59,305 nt of DNA, taken from positions 1 through 59,305 of the forward strand of contig CAZRIY010000004.1 in assembly GCA_964600295.1 (NCBI GenBank), read 5' to 3'. This DNA comes from an uncultured Candidatus Saccharibacteria bacterium. GTDB taxonomy: Bacteria > Patescibacteriota > Saccharimonadia > CAZHVB01. The position numbers were made by a program, and so were the translations under genes. The notes under the pieces were generated by a model. It was not told the origin of the DNA. It was given only the letters and a program-made list of their open reading frames with translations, and did not search any database. Below, piece by piece: positions 8,410 through 18,004 of the stretch; positions within the stretch are counted from its first letter, which is position 1, and the number at the start of each line of letters is the position of its first letter.

Positions 8410-8425
8410 AAGGTATAATTTAAAT

Positions 8426-8956
8426 ATGCTTGTCCAGTCAAAACAATTAAATGGGGCGCGAATTGTCAGTTTGCATACTGGTCATGCCATTGGCAGCCTG
8501 GGTGCGCCGATTATCAACCCCCATAAGCTGCTAGTGGATGGTTTTTATGTCAACCTGCCAAGGGGTAAAAATCAGCCGATGGTGATGTTAACCCAAGATA
8601 TCCGCCAATTCGACCAAGGAAGTCGGGTTTTCATTAACTCGGGCGATGAGATTGTACCAGCCACTGAGTTATTGCGCTTAAAAGAGATTATGTCTCTCAA
8701 TTTTTCATTGGCCGACAAACCAGTGCGCAGCGCCAGTAAAAACAAATTAGGCAAGGTTACAGAATATGTGGTAGAAACTACTGGCTGGACAGTGCAAAAA
8801 CTCCATGTTAAACAACCCTTATTCAAAAGTCTTTCAACCGGCACATTAATAATCGATCGGTCACAAATCATCGAGGTCAACGACCGCCAAATTACTGTTA
8901 GTGATGCGGCAGTAACCACGCCGGCGGTGGCTCCTAGCCGGGTGCCCAATGGCTAA
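8426..8956 (+). CDS. tandem PRC-barrel domain protein
   Basis: L.GARIVSLHTGHAIG and PVRSASKNKLGKVTEYVVE barrels; start at ATG 8426 after TATAAT rather than 8087. Confidence 0.8.
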   Translation: MLVQSKQLNGARIVSLHTGHAIGSLGAPIINPHKLLVDGFYVNLPRGKNQPMVMLTQDIRQFDQGSRVFINSGDEIVPATELLRLKEIMSLNFSLADKPVRSASKNKLGKVTEYVVETTGWTVQKLHVKQPLFKSLSTGTLIIDRSQIIEVNDRQITVSDAAVTTPAVAPSRVPNG

Positions 8957-9131
8957 GCAGAAGAAAAAGCGTAATAAAAAATACCAGGTCGCGGCGGCGA
9001 CGCCGACGGTTCATCGTTTTGTAGCCGAAGTCGAAGCCAAGGCCGACCGCAAAAAAGTTTGGAAAAGACGGCTGCTTTTAGGCTTTATCGGACTGGTTCC
9101 GCTGCTGCTTTTGGCTTGGTGGCTGTTCTAG
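8949..9131 (+). CDS. small basic single-TM protein
   Basis: MAKQKKKRNKKY start coupled to the upstream stop; C-terminal TM helix. Confidence 0.65.
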   Translation: MAKQKKKRNKKYQVAAATPTVHRFVAEVEAKADRKKVWKRRLLLGFIGLVPLLLLAWWLF

Positions 9132-10545
9132 CGTTCGGAGCAGTAGTTAGCAGCGGGAATTCAAAGCCAAAGGTACTTCCCTTGCCTTCAGCACTCTCAA
9201 AGATAATTGAACCGCCCTGCATTTCCACCACCATCTTGGCCATAAACAGACCCAGCCCGGTACCGTCGGGGCGGGCTTTTTGGGCATTGACTGCGCGGTA
9301 GAACTTGGCAAATAGACGTTTTTTCTCGTTTTCTGGAACGCCAATGCCGTGATCGATCACTCTAAAACGGGCTTTATTATTAATTTCGTCTATTTTGACC
9401 TCGACAGTAGAATCCGGCGCGTAGTAAATGGCATTATCAATCAGATTCATAATGACTTGGCGAAGTTTGCCTTCATCCAGAAGCAGCTGGGGTAGTTTTG
9501 TTTCCGAAGCTTGATACTTAATTACCACGTTTCTGGCAGCAGCCACCCGCTTTAACTGTAAAATTTCATCCTTGACGACGGCATCCAGATCCAGGGAAAC
9601 CTTTTCAATTACCAGTTTACCGGTATTGATTCGGGAAACGTTGAGCATGTCGGCGATCAAAAAGACCATACGTTCGGCACTAGTATAAGCTAGCTCGGTA
9701 AACTCTGACTGCTTGGGCGCCAGCTTACCAGCATCCCCTTCGCGCAACATTGAAAGGTAGCCTTTGATGGAAGTTAGCGGCGTACGGAGTTGGTGCGATG
9801 CCATGGAGATAAACTCATCCTTGGCTTCGTCCAGCTCTTTAAGCCGGAAGTTTTGAATGCGCAGCCGCTTGGTGGCTTCTTGAATTTCTTCGTATAAAAT
9901 CTTGTTATCAATCGCAATACCCACTACACCAATTAGCCTATCTATTAAATTGCGCTGGTAAAGAGTGAGTTCTTTGGTTGTTTTCCTTGTTCCAACGGTT
10001 AATATTCCAATCAACTCGCCCCTCGCCACTAAGGGACATACAAATACTGTTTTGACATCCAGCATGGGGTCCAGCTCTTGGGCGATGTGCCGATTGGGGG
10101 CTAGAGAAAACAGATTAGAGAATTGTCTTTCGATTCGAATTTTACGATGCTCGGCAGCTTGGGTTAGGACTCCCTTGCGTCGAAGCGGTGATTTTAGACC
10201 CTTTAGCTTTTTAATAATCTCGTTGGCGTCAAAATCGTTATCGCCCCGGGTCGATGTAAACACGAACGCATCCATCACCAAGTTCTTCCTTTGTTTGTCG
10301 GATAAAAAGATGGCTGCCAGGGTTATAAAAGTAGTCTCATCGAGCAGAGTTTGCAGTATCCGTTGTGAGGCTTGCGATGTAGTACTGGTTTCGCTAAGAA
10401 CAATTTCATCGATTTTTCTGAGCAGTTGTAGGGTTTTATTCCGCTCAGCCAGCTCTAGATTTTGCTTATAGAGTTCCGAGGTAACGTGCTCAATTTCACT
10501 TGCAACGGGTTTGCTAGCAGTCTTCGCTGGCTTAGCTGCTTTCAT
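9085..10545 (-). CDS. GAF-domain sensor histidine kinase (cytoplasmic)
   Basis: GAF, H-box EFISMASHQLRTPL, N-box NLIDNAIYY, DHGIG and GTGLGL G-boxes; no TM segment. Confidence 0.95.
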   Translation of the reverse strand: MKAAKPAKTASKPVASEIEHVTSELYKQNLELAERNKTLQLLRKIDEIVLSETSTTSQASQRILQTLLDETTFITLAAIFLSDKQRKNLVMDAFVFTSTRGDNDFDANEIIKKLKGLKSPLRRKGVLTQAAEHRKIRIERQFSNLFSLAPNRHIAQELDPMLDVKTVFVCPLVARGELIGILTVGTRKTTKELTLYQRNLIDRLIGVVGIAIDNKILYEEIQEATKRLRIQNFRLKELDEAKDEFISMASHQLRTPLTSIKGYLSMLREGDAGKLAPKQSEFTELAYTSAERMVFLIADMLNVSRINTGKLVIEKVSLDLDAVVKDEILQLKRVAAARNVVIKYQASETKLPQLLLDEGKLRQVIMNLIDNAIYYAPDSTVEVKIDEINNKARFRVIDHGIGVPENEKKRLFAKFYRAVNAQKARPDGTGLGLFMAKMVVEMQGGSIIFESAEGKGSTFGFEFPLLTTAPNARTATKPKAAAEPVR

Positions 10546-10568
10546 TAGCTAAAGTATAGGTTCTTAGC

Positions 10569-10841
10569 CTATCTCAGTAAACTTGGTACTTCTTGGGGTG
10601 ATAATTGACTAATCAAACTGCCAACCGCTTCTTTGGAAACCTCAACCGATGTTTGACCAAAAAGATTGCGGTATTGTTCCACTAAACCATCCACAACTGA
10701 AGCTTTATTGCCTTCGATCGTTACATGATGGTCATCCAACTTTAATCCTGGAACCTTTCGGGCTTGTTCTAGAGCTACAGGACCTATAATAGTTTCCTGT
10801 TCGGTTATGATCTTTTCGGCTACTTGTTCAAATACGTCCAC
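10569..10841 (-). CDS. small helical protein associated with the kinase
   Basis: 90-aa ORF packed between the membrane protein and kinase (KIITEQETIIGPVALEQARKVPGL). Confidence 0.7.
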   Translation of the reverse strand: MDVFEQVAEKIITEQETIIGPVALEQARKVPGLKLDDHHVTIEGNKASVVDGLVEQYRNLFGQTSVEVSKEAVGSLISQLSPQEVPSLLR

Positions 10842-10847
10842 GATTGA

Positions 10848-11669
10848 TTATTCCTTTATCTGATTATAGGTGGTCTTTAGCTTCAAAAGAGCCACCGCCA
10901 TAATAAAATAGGAAACCAAGTAAATATAATCATTCCAGCCGCCAGCATACCAAGTTTCTTGTTGAACCTGATAAAGAAATGTAAAATCGGCAATATATTG
11001 GACTAGTAGAGCAAACATTATAAATAGGATCTTGTTTTTCATAACCCCACCCAATAACCTTCGTGATAAGAGGTAGGCCAATAGAGCAATAGATATGTAA
11101 ATTGCCTGGCCAAGTGGGTACCCGAAATCTAGCAAAACCGTGATCGGTGCAGACCAATCGAATTCATAGCCTCGTAGAAAAACAGCGTATGAAGTTATCA
11201 GTAGAATCAGGGGGATTACAAGCACCTTGAGTTTACTGCCGATTGAGCCCAGTGAAAATTTAGCTCCGGCGGCTTTCGCCAATAAGATTATCCCGTAAAT
11301 ATATAGCAAAACGCTTCCAAAATAACCAACGTCACCTAATGATGGGTATGGTACGGCTGTATCTTGAAAGTATATATAATAAGTGTAGGCTAGTTGCCCG
11401 AATTCTTGAGCCAGCAAGCCCAGAGAAAACATCAGAATTGCACGGCCCAAAACACTTTTTGATCCACCCCATTTTCTTGAGATAAATAATCCATTGACAC
11501 CTCCGACCAGAGCCATTAGACCGTAGGTTACTGTGAATCGGGTATTATTCAGATCTGCGCTACCCTCCGCCTCGAGAACGAAGCGGATGAAAATCCACCA
11601 TATAGAAAATCCTAAGAATAATAACAAAGTGATCAAGAAACTTCTGTCTCTGAGTAAACTTTTCTTCAC
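10848..11669 (-). CDS. polytopic membrane protein (about 8 TM), possible sensor module
   Basis: Multiple hydrophobic helices, VPYPSLGDVGY and DFGYPLG motifs. Confidence 0.8.
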   Translation of the reverse strand: MKKSLLRDRSFLITLLLFLGFSIWWIFIRFVLEAEGSADLNNTRFTVTYGLMALVGGVNGLFISRKWGGSKSVLGRAILMFSLGLLAQEFGQLAYTYYIYFQDTAVPYPSLGDVGYFGSVLLYIYGIILLAKAAGAKFSLGSIGSKLKVLVIPLILLITSYAVFLRGYEFDWSAPITVLLDFGYPLGQAIYISIALLAYLLSRRLLGGVMKNKILFIMFALLVQYIADFTFLYQVQQETWYAGGWNDYIYLVSYFIMAVALLKLKTTYNQIKE

Positions 11670-11727
11670 TATATTAAGCTTATGTTGATACAGATAGCTT
11701 AGTCAAGGTAAGTTACAATTGCTAATC

Positions 11728-12639
11728 ATGGCAGATTCTTTCCCAGATTTTAAGAAAATCGAGATTAGTGACAAGGACAAGATCGAGATAATTTGTTCCC
11801 CCCACGATCCTTATTCGGATTTTAATTTTACGAGCCTCTGGACATGGAATACTGATGATAGCCTTGGGATATCGTTTTTCAATAAGAACCTGGTCATTAA
11901 AATACCGGATTACATAACCAATAGACCGGTTCTATCCTTTTTGGGCACACATCTTGTAGATGAGACAATAAAAACTTTAATAAAATACGCAGATAGGCAC
12001 GGGCTGGATAATACCCTGAAGTTAATACCAGAATTAGTTATAGAACATATAAGCCATCAGAAACAGTTTGCTATAGCTGAGGATGCAGATAATCACGACT
12101 ATGTGCTGGGTGTCGATGAGATAGCAACTTTTGCCGGCGGGAAGTATTACGACAAACGTAACTTGGTTAATCGCTTTGCCAGAGCACATCCGGATCACCT
12201 TTGTTCAGACTTGGACTTGTCAGATAAAAAAGTTTGGACAGAGATTAACCAGTTATTTGACATCTGGGCGGATACCGCCAAACAGACTCAAGCTGAATCT
12301 GCCAATGAGAAGATCGCAATTAACAGATTGTTGACATCTGCGGAAACCTTGGGTGTTAGATGTCTGGGGTGCTACGTGAATAATAAGCTAGTGGGATTTG
12401 CTGCTTATGAAGTTTCTTATAATAAATTCGGGTTTATTAGTTTTGAAAAGGCAGAAAAAAAATACTCGGAAGCGGGGCTTTATGCCGTGCTGAACCACGA
12501 AGTAGCTAAAAAACTTAAAAAAATGGGCTGTAAATATATTAACTTCGAACAAGACTTGGGAATTCCGGGCCTAAAGACGGCCAAGCAACTTTGGCGCCCA
12601 ATAAAATTTCTCAAAAAGTATGCCGTTAAATTAGGGTAG
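11728..12639 (+). CDS. DUF2156 / aminoacyl-phosphatidylglycerol synthase C-terminal-like transferase
   Basis: SDFNFTSLWTW, DYV, G.KY..KRN.VNRF, FEKA, INFEQDLGIPGLKTAK..WRP motifs. Confidence 0.85.
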   Translation: MADSFPDFKKIEISDKDKIEIICSPHDPYSDFNFTSLWTWNTDDSLGISFFNKNLVIKIPDYITNRPVLSFLGTHLVDETIKTLIKYADRHGLDNTLKLIPELVIEHISHQKQFAIAEDADNHDYVLGVDEIATFAGGKYYDKRNLVNRFARAHPDHLCSDLDLSDKKVWTEINQLFDIWADTAKQTQAESANEKIAINRLLTSAETLGVRCLGCYVNNKLVGFAAYEVSYNKFGFISFEKAEKKYSEAGLYAVLNHEVAKKLKKMGCKYINFEQDLGIPGLKTAKQLWRPIKFLKKYAVKLG

Positions 12640-12644
12640 GATTT

Positions 12645-13538
12645 TTAGTTTGTTGGGTTTAATAAGATAATTCCCGATAGCATAATGGCCATGAAAATTA
12701 ACTTCTTAAGAACGTGTCCCTCGGTTGCTTCTCTGAGGTAGTTAGGAAAAAATCGATATAAAATTATGGCTAAAATTAATATATAGATCGGTAGTACATT
12801 GCCCAAAACCGTTACTAATGATACCGGCCCATTACTTATAGCCAATTTCTGAGTTAACTCGGCTACAATATTGAGCCCTTCGGTAATGGCAAAAAACAGC
12901 AACCATTTTCGATAGTTCTTTCTAAATTTTGAGACGAACGACCGACCGCCTTTGAATGCAGTGGCAAAGAACAGACTCGCTAGGCCCATACCTATTGCCA
13001 GGTATACGTACCCACTCCAAAAATCAACAATCTCAAATACATGCTTGATGGCTATTAAAGATACGGCAAAAAGAACTGAAGCCATCGCGATAAGACCCAG
13101 TGCTCGCGAAAATTTCCATTTGCGAATATCGTTGGCCGATATACCAAAGGCAGCCAAAATAATGATGCTTATTCCTAAATACTGCATGCCAGATAACTTT
13201 TCGCCCAAAATAAGGTATGCCAAGACCGACACCACTGCTGGAGCTAAGCTAAATAGAGCTATTACTACAGAGGGAGCTTCGACTTTCAGGGCTTTGAAAT
13301 AAAAGAAATAATAGGAGACAGTCAAAAATCCCGCCAAAATACCTATTGCAATAGTTAGTGCTGACGGCACAGCCAAATCTATAAAAAATAAACTTATCAG
13401 TGGTAATAGACCGAATATTCCCGAAATTATGGTGCCGTAAAATGGGCTTTTATAAACATGTCGCACCAAATTATCATCAATAATTACCACCAACGCCAGA
13501 ATTAGCGGCGCTAGTAACGCTAACGTGAACCAGCCCAT
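12645..13538 (-). CDS. EamA/DMT-family transporter
   Basis: Ten TM helices, YFKALK...LILGEKLS..QYLG and GPVSLV motifs. Confidence 0.9.
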   Translation of the reverse strand: MGWFTLALLAPLILALVVIIDDNLVRHVYKSPFYGTIISGIFGLLPLISLFFIDLAVPSALTIAIGILAGFLTVSYYFFYFKALKVEAPSVVIALFSLAPAVVSVLAYLILGEKLSGMQYLGISIIILAAFGISANDIRKWKFSRALGLIAMASVLFAVSLIAIKHVFEIVDFWSGYVYLAIGMGLASLFFATAFKGGRSFVSKFRKNYRKWLLFFAITEGLNIVAELTQKLAISNGPVSLVTVLGNVLPIYILILAIILYRFFPNYLREATEGHVLKKLIFMAIMLSGIILLNPTN

Positions 13539-13581
13539 GGCTTGTATTATAGCTCGAAGCTATTGCGATGCTGGTTTAGCT

Positions 13582-14274
13582 CTAAGCTTTTTGATGGACC
13601 AGTACTATCTGGTTAAAGCGTGGGTCACCATTCTGAGCTGGAATTATCTGTTGTCCTATCCATCCTTGAGAAAGCAGCTCCCGCAGATGGGCTTCATCGC
13701 TTGTAAGTACCTCTTTGCGCAATTCGCCCAATTGCCATTCGCCGTCGAGCCGTTTAACCATCTGGAGCCAGTGGTCTAAGCCATTCGGTTCATTCAGTAC
13801 GTAGCTTACAGCTTTATAGCCATGCCTCATGTACAAACTCAAGCCTCGAGCATTCAGCGGATCTACCTTAAGCGTGCACTTAGCCAAGCCGCGCTGGCGG
13901 GCAACAGCTTCAGCGTAATCTAAGAAACCTGTGCCAATACCTCGATCGCGATATTCCTTCCGCACTACCAGATTGGCAATTTCTAATGAATCTGAATCTG
14001 GATCGGGCGCAAACCAATATGTGGCAACCCATTTGTCTCCATCAAGTAAAACGCCAAAAATAGAGCCATGCTCCATGGCCCCCCTAATTTCCTCCGGTTT
14101 GAAATAGGGTGGGTTATGGTTGGATGGCGTCTCAGAATCGAAATAAACCTCCCGATCAAACTCTAGATAGTCGTCAATATCCTTGGCTCCAAGTACAAAA
14201 TGTTGAAGATTTGGCTCAAGGCCGTGAGCTTCTGTAGATGTGGAGAGTGTATTTATTTGCTCGGTCGGTTGCAT
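13582..14274 (-). CDS. GNAT N-acetyltransferase with C-terminal extension
   Basis: VVRKEYRDRGIGT acetyl-CoA motif A; LKVDPLNARGLSLYMRHGY motif B. Confidence 0.9.
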   Translation of the reverse strand: MQPTEQINTLSTSTEAHGLEPNLQHFVLGAKDIDDYLEFDREVYFDSETPSNHNPPYFKPEEIRGAMEHGSIFGVLLDGDKWVATYWFAPDPDSDSLEIANLVVRKEYRDRGIGTGFLDYAEAVARQRGLAKCTLKVDPLNARGLSLYMRHGYKAVSYVLNEPNGLDHWLQMVKRLDGEWQLGELRKEVLTSDEAHLRELLSQGWIGQQIIPAQNGDPRFNQIVLVHQKA

Positions 14275-14345
14275 GATAAATATAATAACATAAGCTTGTT
14301 ATGTTGTACAGTTTATTGTAATCGACAATGAATGAATGTGTTTTA

Positions 14346-14879
14346 TCAGCGGCGAGGGTTCTTTAGGGTACGGGTTATTTTATCGATTAATGAGGGGGTG
14401 AACTCCCAAGGATGGGCATAGAAAACGGCTATGGCTAAGGCGCAAATCGGCGTGCCGTCGCAAACTTCTCCGACGATTTTCATTTTTTTCGTACCCCACT
14501 CAATATTTCGTCTCGCTTTCGAAATTGAATCTAAACTATCTGTAAGATCCTGTTTAACGGAACCTTCACTAAAATTCTCGTGTTCAACCAGTAGACCTCG
14601 GCCAGTTTTTTTATCCTGTACCCAGCCAATTCCAGCCCAAGCCTCAACATTCGGAGTACTAATACGGTGATCTGCCATGACCACATACAGCCGATCTCCC
14701 CAATCCCCCGGTGTATCTTTGATTGGCCCATCGACGGCAATTACCTCACTAGCGGGCGGAATAATGGAGCTAAGTCGGATCAGATTATAATTGGCTACAC
14801 CGGCTTTGATTAGAGCATTATCGAAAGCCGCCAATCGAGTTGGCCCCTTGCCTACTGCAGCCGTTAGGTAGATTTTCAT
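14346..14879 (-). CDS. pyruvoyl-dependent arginine decarboxylase
   Basis: G.GPT.LAAFDNAL..AGVANYNLIRLSSIIPP containing the Ser-Ser self-cleavage site. Confidence 0.88.
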   Translation of the reverse strand: MKIYLTAAVGKGPTRLAAFDNALIKAGVANYNLIRLSSIIPPASEVIAVDGPIKDTPGDWGDRLYVVMADHRISTPNVEAWAGIGWVQDKKTGRGLLVEHENFSEGSVKQDLTDSLDSISKARRNIEWGTKKMKIVGEVCDGTPICALAIAVFYAHPWEFTPSLIDKITRTLKNPRR

Positions 14880-14968
14880 ATTTTTTTATTTTACAGCTTT
14901 TCCTCTTATTTTACTGTGACGATTTACCTATTTAGAGTCAAGTGATTACTCCAGTACCATGCGTTTTG

Positions 14969-14977
14969 TGGTATAAT
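14969..14977 (+). promoter_or_regulatory. extended -10 promoter of the precursor/ATP-grasp operon
   Basis: TGgTATAAT about 60 nt upstream of a GAGAGGGG RBS and ATG 15039. Confidence 0.6.
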
Positions 14978-15038
14978 ATGTAATTACCACTAATGAGGAT
15001 GGTTCGCTGGTAATAAGTAATAAAGAGAGGGGAACGAA

Positions 15039-15260
15039 ATGGATGAAGCAATGAGTCAAATCATCCAGCCTGAAGAGGTTGCGAAAACAGAAATCGATAA
15101 TTCAACGCAGCAACCATTGGACAGAGAGCGAACTGCTCAATCTGTTGGCAAAACCTTATTCGAAAGACTAGCAACACCCCACGATCTTGAAAATCTAGAT
15201 CCAGCCCGAACCCACATTGTTACGACCCAGCCGGGTGGATCACAGGGCATAGACCCCTAA
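15039..15260 (+). CDS. putative graspetide (RiPP) precursor peptide
   Basis: Strong RBS, 73 aa, LFERLA leader-like motif, Thr/Ser-rich C-terminal core ending in Asp-Pro, upstream of an ATP-grasp ligase. Confidence 0.65.
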   Translation: MDEAMSQIIQPEEVAKTEIDNSTQQPLDRERTAQSVGKTLFERLATPHDLENLDPARTHIVTTQPGGSQGIDP

Positions 15261-15341
15261 AGATTGCTTCGGCCTTTCTGTCAAACTTGAGGTCCCAGTG
15301 GATTGCGAAGCGATTGCTGTAGTTAACGGGAGACTAATTAA

Positions 15342-15899
15342 TTGTCATACGCTTATTTTGACTTAGGAAAAAAATTTCCCGGTCATACTCAAGTTATATA
15401 TGAAGAAATTCGTGATCAACTGGTTAAGCTCGCTATAGACGATCAATCGGCGCGTAAAAACCTACCGAAACAAGCTACCAGTAAGCAGCTAAAAGAGCTC
15501 GAGAAAGAAGATCAAAAACGGACCGCGGAGATGATGGATCTTCTCAAAGTCTGTGGCACACCAAGTGCCGAGAACATAGGCCTGGATGGTTCAAGAGCAG
15601 TCTGGGTACTTTCAATCCATACTGATGTCTCAACCATGAAAAAAATTCACAAAATCTTCCAGAGCCTTTATAAGAAAGGCAAGGGGGGCGTATTTTACTG
15701 GGGCATACCATTTCTGGTTGATAGGATTAGGGTAGAAGAGGGCAAAAAACAGTTATACGGTACTCAATATCATTTTGACAAGAAAAATACATTGCGTAAT
15801 TTTCCGATCCTAAAACCCCAGCTTGTAAATCAAAGGCGGGCAGAGTACGATTTGCCGCCAATCGAAGGTGAGTTAGATGAGCTCAATAAGCAGCACTGA
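15342..15899 (+). CDS. DUF6624-like protein
   Basis: DDQSAR, G.P....IG.DGS.AVW....H, LVDRIRV..GKKQLYGTQ, VNQRRAEYDLPP motifs. Confidence 0.8.
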   Translation: MSYAYFDLGKKFPGHTQVIYEEIRDQLVKLAIDDQSARKNLPKQATSKQLKELEKEDQKRTAEMMDLLKVCGTPSAENIGLDGSRAVWVLSIHTDVSTMKKIHKIFQSLYKKGKGGVFYWGIPFLVDRIRVEEGKKQLYGTQYHFDKKNTLRNFPILKPQLVNQRRAEYDLPPIEGELDELNKQH

Positions 15900-16863
15900 G
15901 AAAAACATTTTTATAGCAAGTAGTAGTGTTGATAAGGCACATTACCAACCTGTGGCCAATATACTGGCTGACCGAGGATTTAACCCCACAGTCTATGAGG
16001 CTGATCGAGTTGCAAGCGGACTCGCTTCGCTGTCTATACACCTAGATGAAGTTAATGGTCTAAGTATTGTATATGACAGTGAAGTTATTCAGCCTGGCAA
16101 TATAGATGCCGCTTGGTACCGACGTCCAGAAGCTTTCGACTATCACGAACAGGATAAAGCCAAGTTACTGACTTTAGAATACGAGGCAGATCAATCACAG
16201 GCCATAATATGGAATTCGATACCGGAATCAGTTTGGTTAAACTCTCCGTATAAGAACAGGCAAATTGAGGAAAAAATTGGTCAGCTAGTAATGGCGCAAA
16301 ATTTTGGCTTCAAGGTACCCGAAACTTTTATTAGTAACCAATGGGAAGAGATAAAGGAACAGTTACCGGGAGAAGTTATCTTTAAAATGAGACGAGGCTT
16401 GCTATATGAAGATGACTCAGCAAAAGCGCTGTTCACTACTATACTTGAACCAGAGAAGATCGATGAATTGATGAGTTCCAATGTGCCGTTTCCAGGAATG
16501 TTTCAGTCATATATCTCAAAAGCCAGGGAGTGGAGAGTTACCGTTGTAGGAGATCGTTCATTTGAAGCAGCTATTTACACTACAGAAGAGGCCAAGGACG
16601 ATTGGAGAAAACACCAGTTTGGATCGGACGTAAGGTTTGCAAAAGAAAAATTTCCAGATGACATTAAAGAAAGGTGTATAAGATTTTTGGGCCACGTGGG
16701 ATTACGGTTCGGGGCCTTTGATTTTGTAGAAAGCCATGATGGAGAGATAACCTATCTCGAGCTTAATCCTAATGGACAGTATATGTGGTTAGAAAAAGAT
16801 TTGGGCTTCCCTATCTCTGAAGCAATTGCTGACGAATTAACAACTATAGCCACCGGTTCGTAG
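15877..16863 (+). CDS. MvdC/MvdD-type ATP-grasp peptide macrocyclase
   Basis: WYRRP, WLNSP, K..QL..A...GFKVPET.ISN, P.MFQSYI.K..EWRVTVVG, DWR, FGAFDF, LELNPNGQYMWLE. Confidence 0.88.
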   Translation: MSSISSTEKNIFIASSSVDKAHYQPVANILADRGFNPTVYEADRVASGLASLSIHLDEVNGLSIVYDSEVIQPGNIDAAWYRRPEAFDYHEQDKAKLLTLEYEADQSQAIIWNSIPESVWLNSPYKNRQIEEKIGQLVMAQNFGFKVPETFISNQWEEIKEQLPGEVIFKMRRGLLYEDDSAKALFTTILEPEKIDELMSSNVPFPGMFQSYISKAREWRVTVVGDRSFEAAIYTTEEAKDDWRKHQFGSDVRFAKEKFPDDIKERCIRFLGHVGLRFGAFDFVESHDGEITYLELNPNGQYMWLEKDLGFPISEAIADELTTIATGS

Positions 16864-16920
16864 AGTTTGTATCGATCGGTTTGTTTGATATAGTCCCTGA
16901 AATAACATAAATTTAAGATT

Positions 16921-17295
16921 ATGGCCAAAACAAAACTTGCCATTATTGAAGATGATGTGGCAATTGTCCAGATGTACCGTATGAAATTTGAATCTGAGGG
17001 ATTTGAAGTCAAAACTGCTGGCGATGGTATGGCCGGGCTAGAGATAGCCAAGGATTTTCAGCCCGATGTTATCCTGCTAGATTTGATGATGCCCCAAATG
17101 GGTGGCGCTGAAATGTTGGAAAAATTGCGTAAAGAGAGCTGGGGCAAAGACGTTAAAGTTATTATCCTAACCAATATGGGCGCCAGCGAAGCCCCGGCCA
17201 GCCTTGAAGATCTAGAGGTAAAGGACTTCATTGTTAAGGCCGATATGACGCCGCGGCAGGTAGCCGACCGAGTAAAAGCCGTTCTAGCTAGTTAA
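16921..17295 (+). CDS. single-domain response regulator (REC)
   Basis: IIEDD, LLDLMMP phospho-Asp, ILTN, FIVK; no output domain. Confidence 0.95.
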   Translation: MAKTKLAIIEDDVAIVQMYRMKFESEGFEVKTAGDGMAGLEIAKDFQPDVILLDLMMPQMGGAEMLEKLRKESWGKDVKVIILTNMGASEAPASLEDLEVKDFIVKADMTPRQVADRVKAVLAS

Positions 17296-18002
17296 TGCAA
17301 GTAACATTTAGGGGCAAGCACCCCGAAGCCGCTGGTATTTATACCTTCGAGTGGGAACCTAGCGAGACTTTTAATTTTACCGCCGGGCAATTTATCAAAT
17401 TACTCCTGCCCCACGATAATCCGGACGAACGCGGCGAGATGCATTTTTTTACGGTGTCGGCTTCGCCCACTGAGGCAAATCTAGCCAATACTACCAAGTT
17501 TAGCCAGCCCAGCAGTACCTTTAAGCAAACTTTGCGATCGCTGGAGCCAGGCACCAAAGTGGAAATGACTGGGCCATATGGTGAATTTGTTTTGCCCGAA
17601 GACACCGAGCAAAAACTAGTCTTTGTGGCCGGCGGTATTGGTGTAACACCCTATCGCAGTATGCTAAGATTTTTAACCGACAAAGGCCAGACACGGCCGA
17701 TCCAGCTACTGTATGCAGCCAATCAACCCCAAGAATTGGCTTTTCGTCAGTTATTTGACTATCTGCCCCAGCCGATGGAAGTAACCTATTTGATAAGCCA
17801 GGCTGACTCAGAATGGTCTGGCCAAGTCGGTCAACTGAGTGGTCAAAAAATCCAGGAATTGGCGAATGGGCTCAAGGATAAGCTGACTTACCTTTCTGGT
17901 CCCAAGCCGATGGTGCAAACTTTTAAAGATCAGTTGCTGGCGCTTGGTATTAGCGAAGATAAGATAATGACCGACTTCTTTCCAGGCTATACCAAAATTT
18001 AA
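17295..18002 (+). CDS. FNR-family FAD/NAD(P) oxidoreductase
   Basis: FTAGQF, GPYGEF, FVAGGIGVTP, YLSGP..MV motifs. Confidence 0.9.
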   Translation: MQVTFRGKHPEAAGIYTFEWEPSETFNFTAGQFIKLLLPHDNPDERGEMHFFTVSASPTEANLANTTKFSQPSSTFKQTLRSLEPGTKVEMTGPYGEFVLPEDTEQKLVFVAGGIGVTPYRSMLRFLTDKGQTRPIQLLYAANQPQELAFRQLFDYLPQPMEVTYLISQADSEWSGQVGQLSGQKIQELANGLKDKLTYLSGPKPMVQTFKDQLLALGISEDKIMTDFFPGYTKI

Positions 18003-18004
18003 CC

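Noticed and set aside
8087-8425. N-terminal extension of the PRC-barrel ORF
   Set aside because: It is the antisense shadow of the RNPETNRCR repeat ORF; a TATAAT-linked ATG at 8426 is the better start
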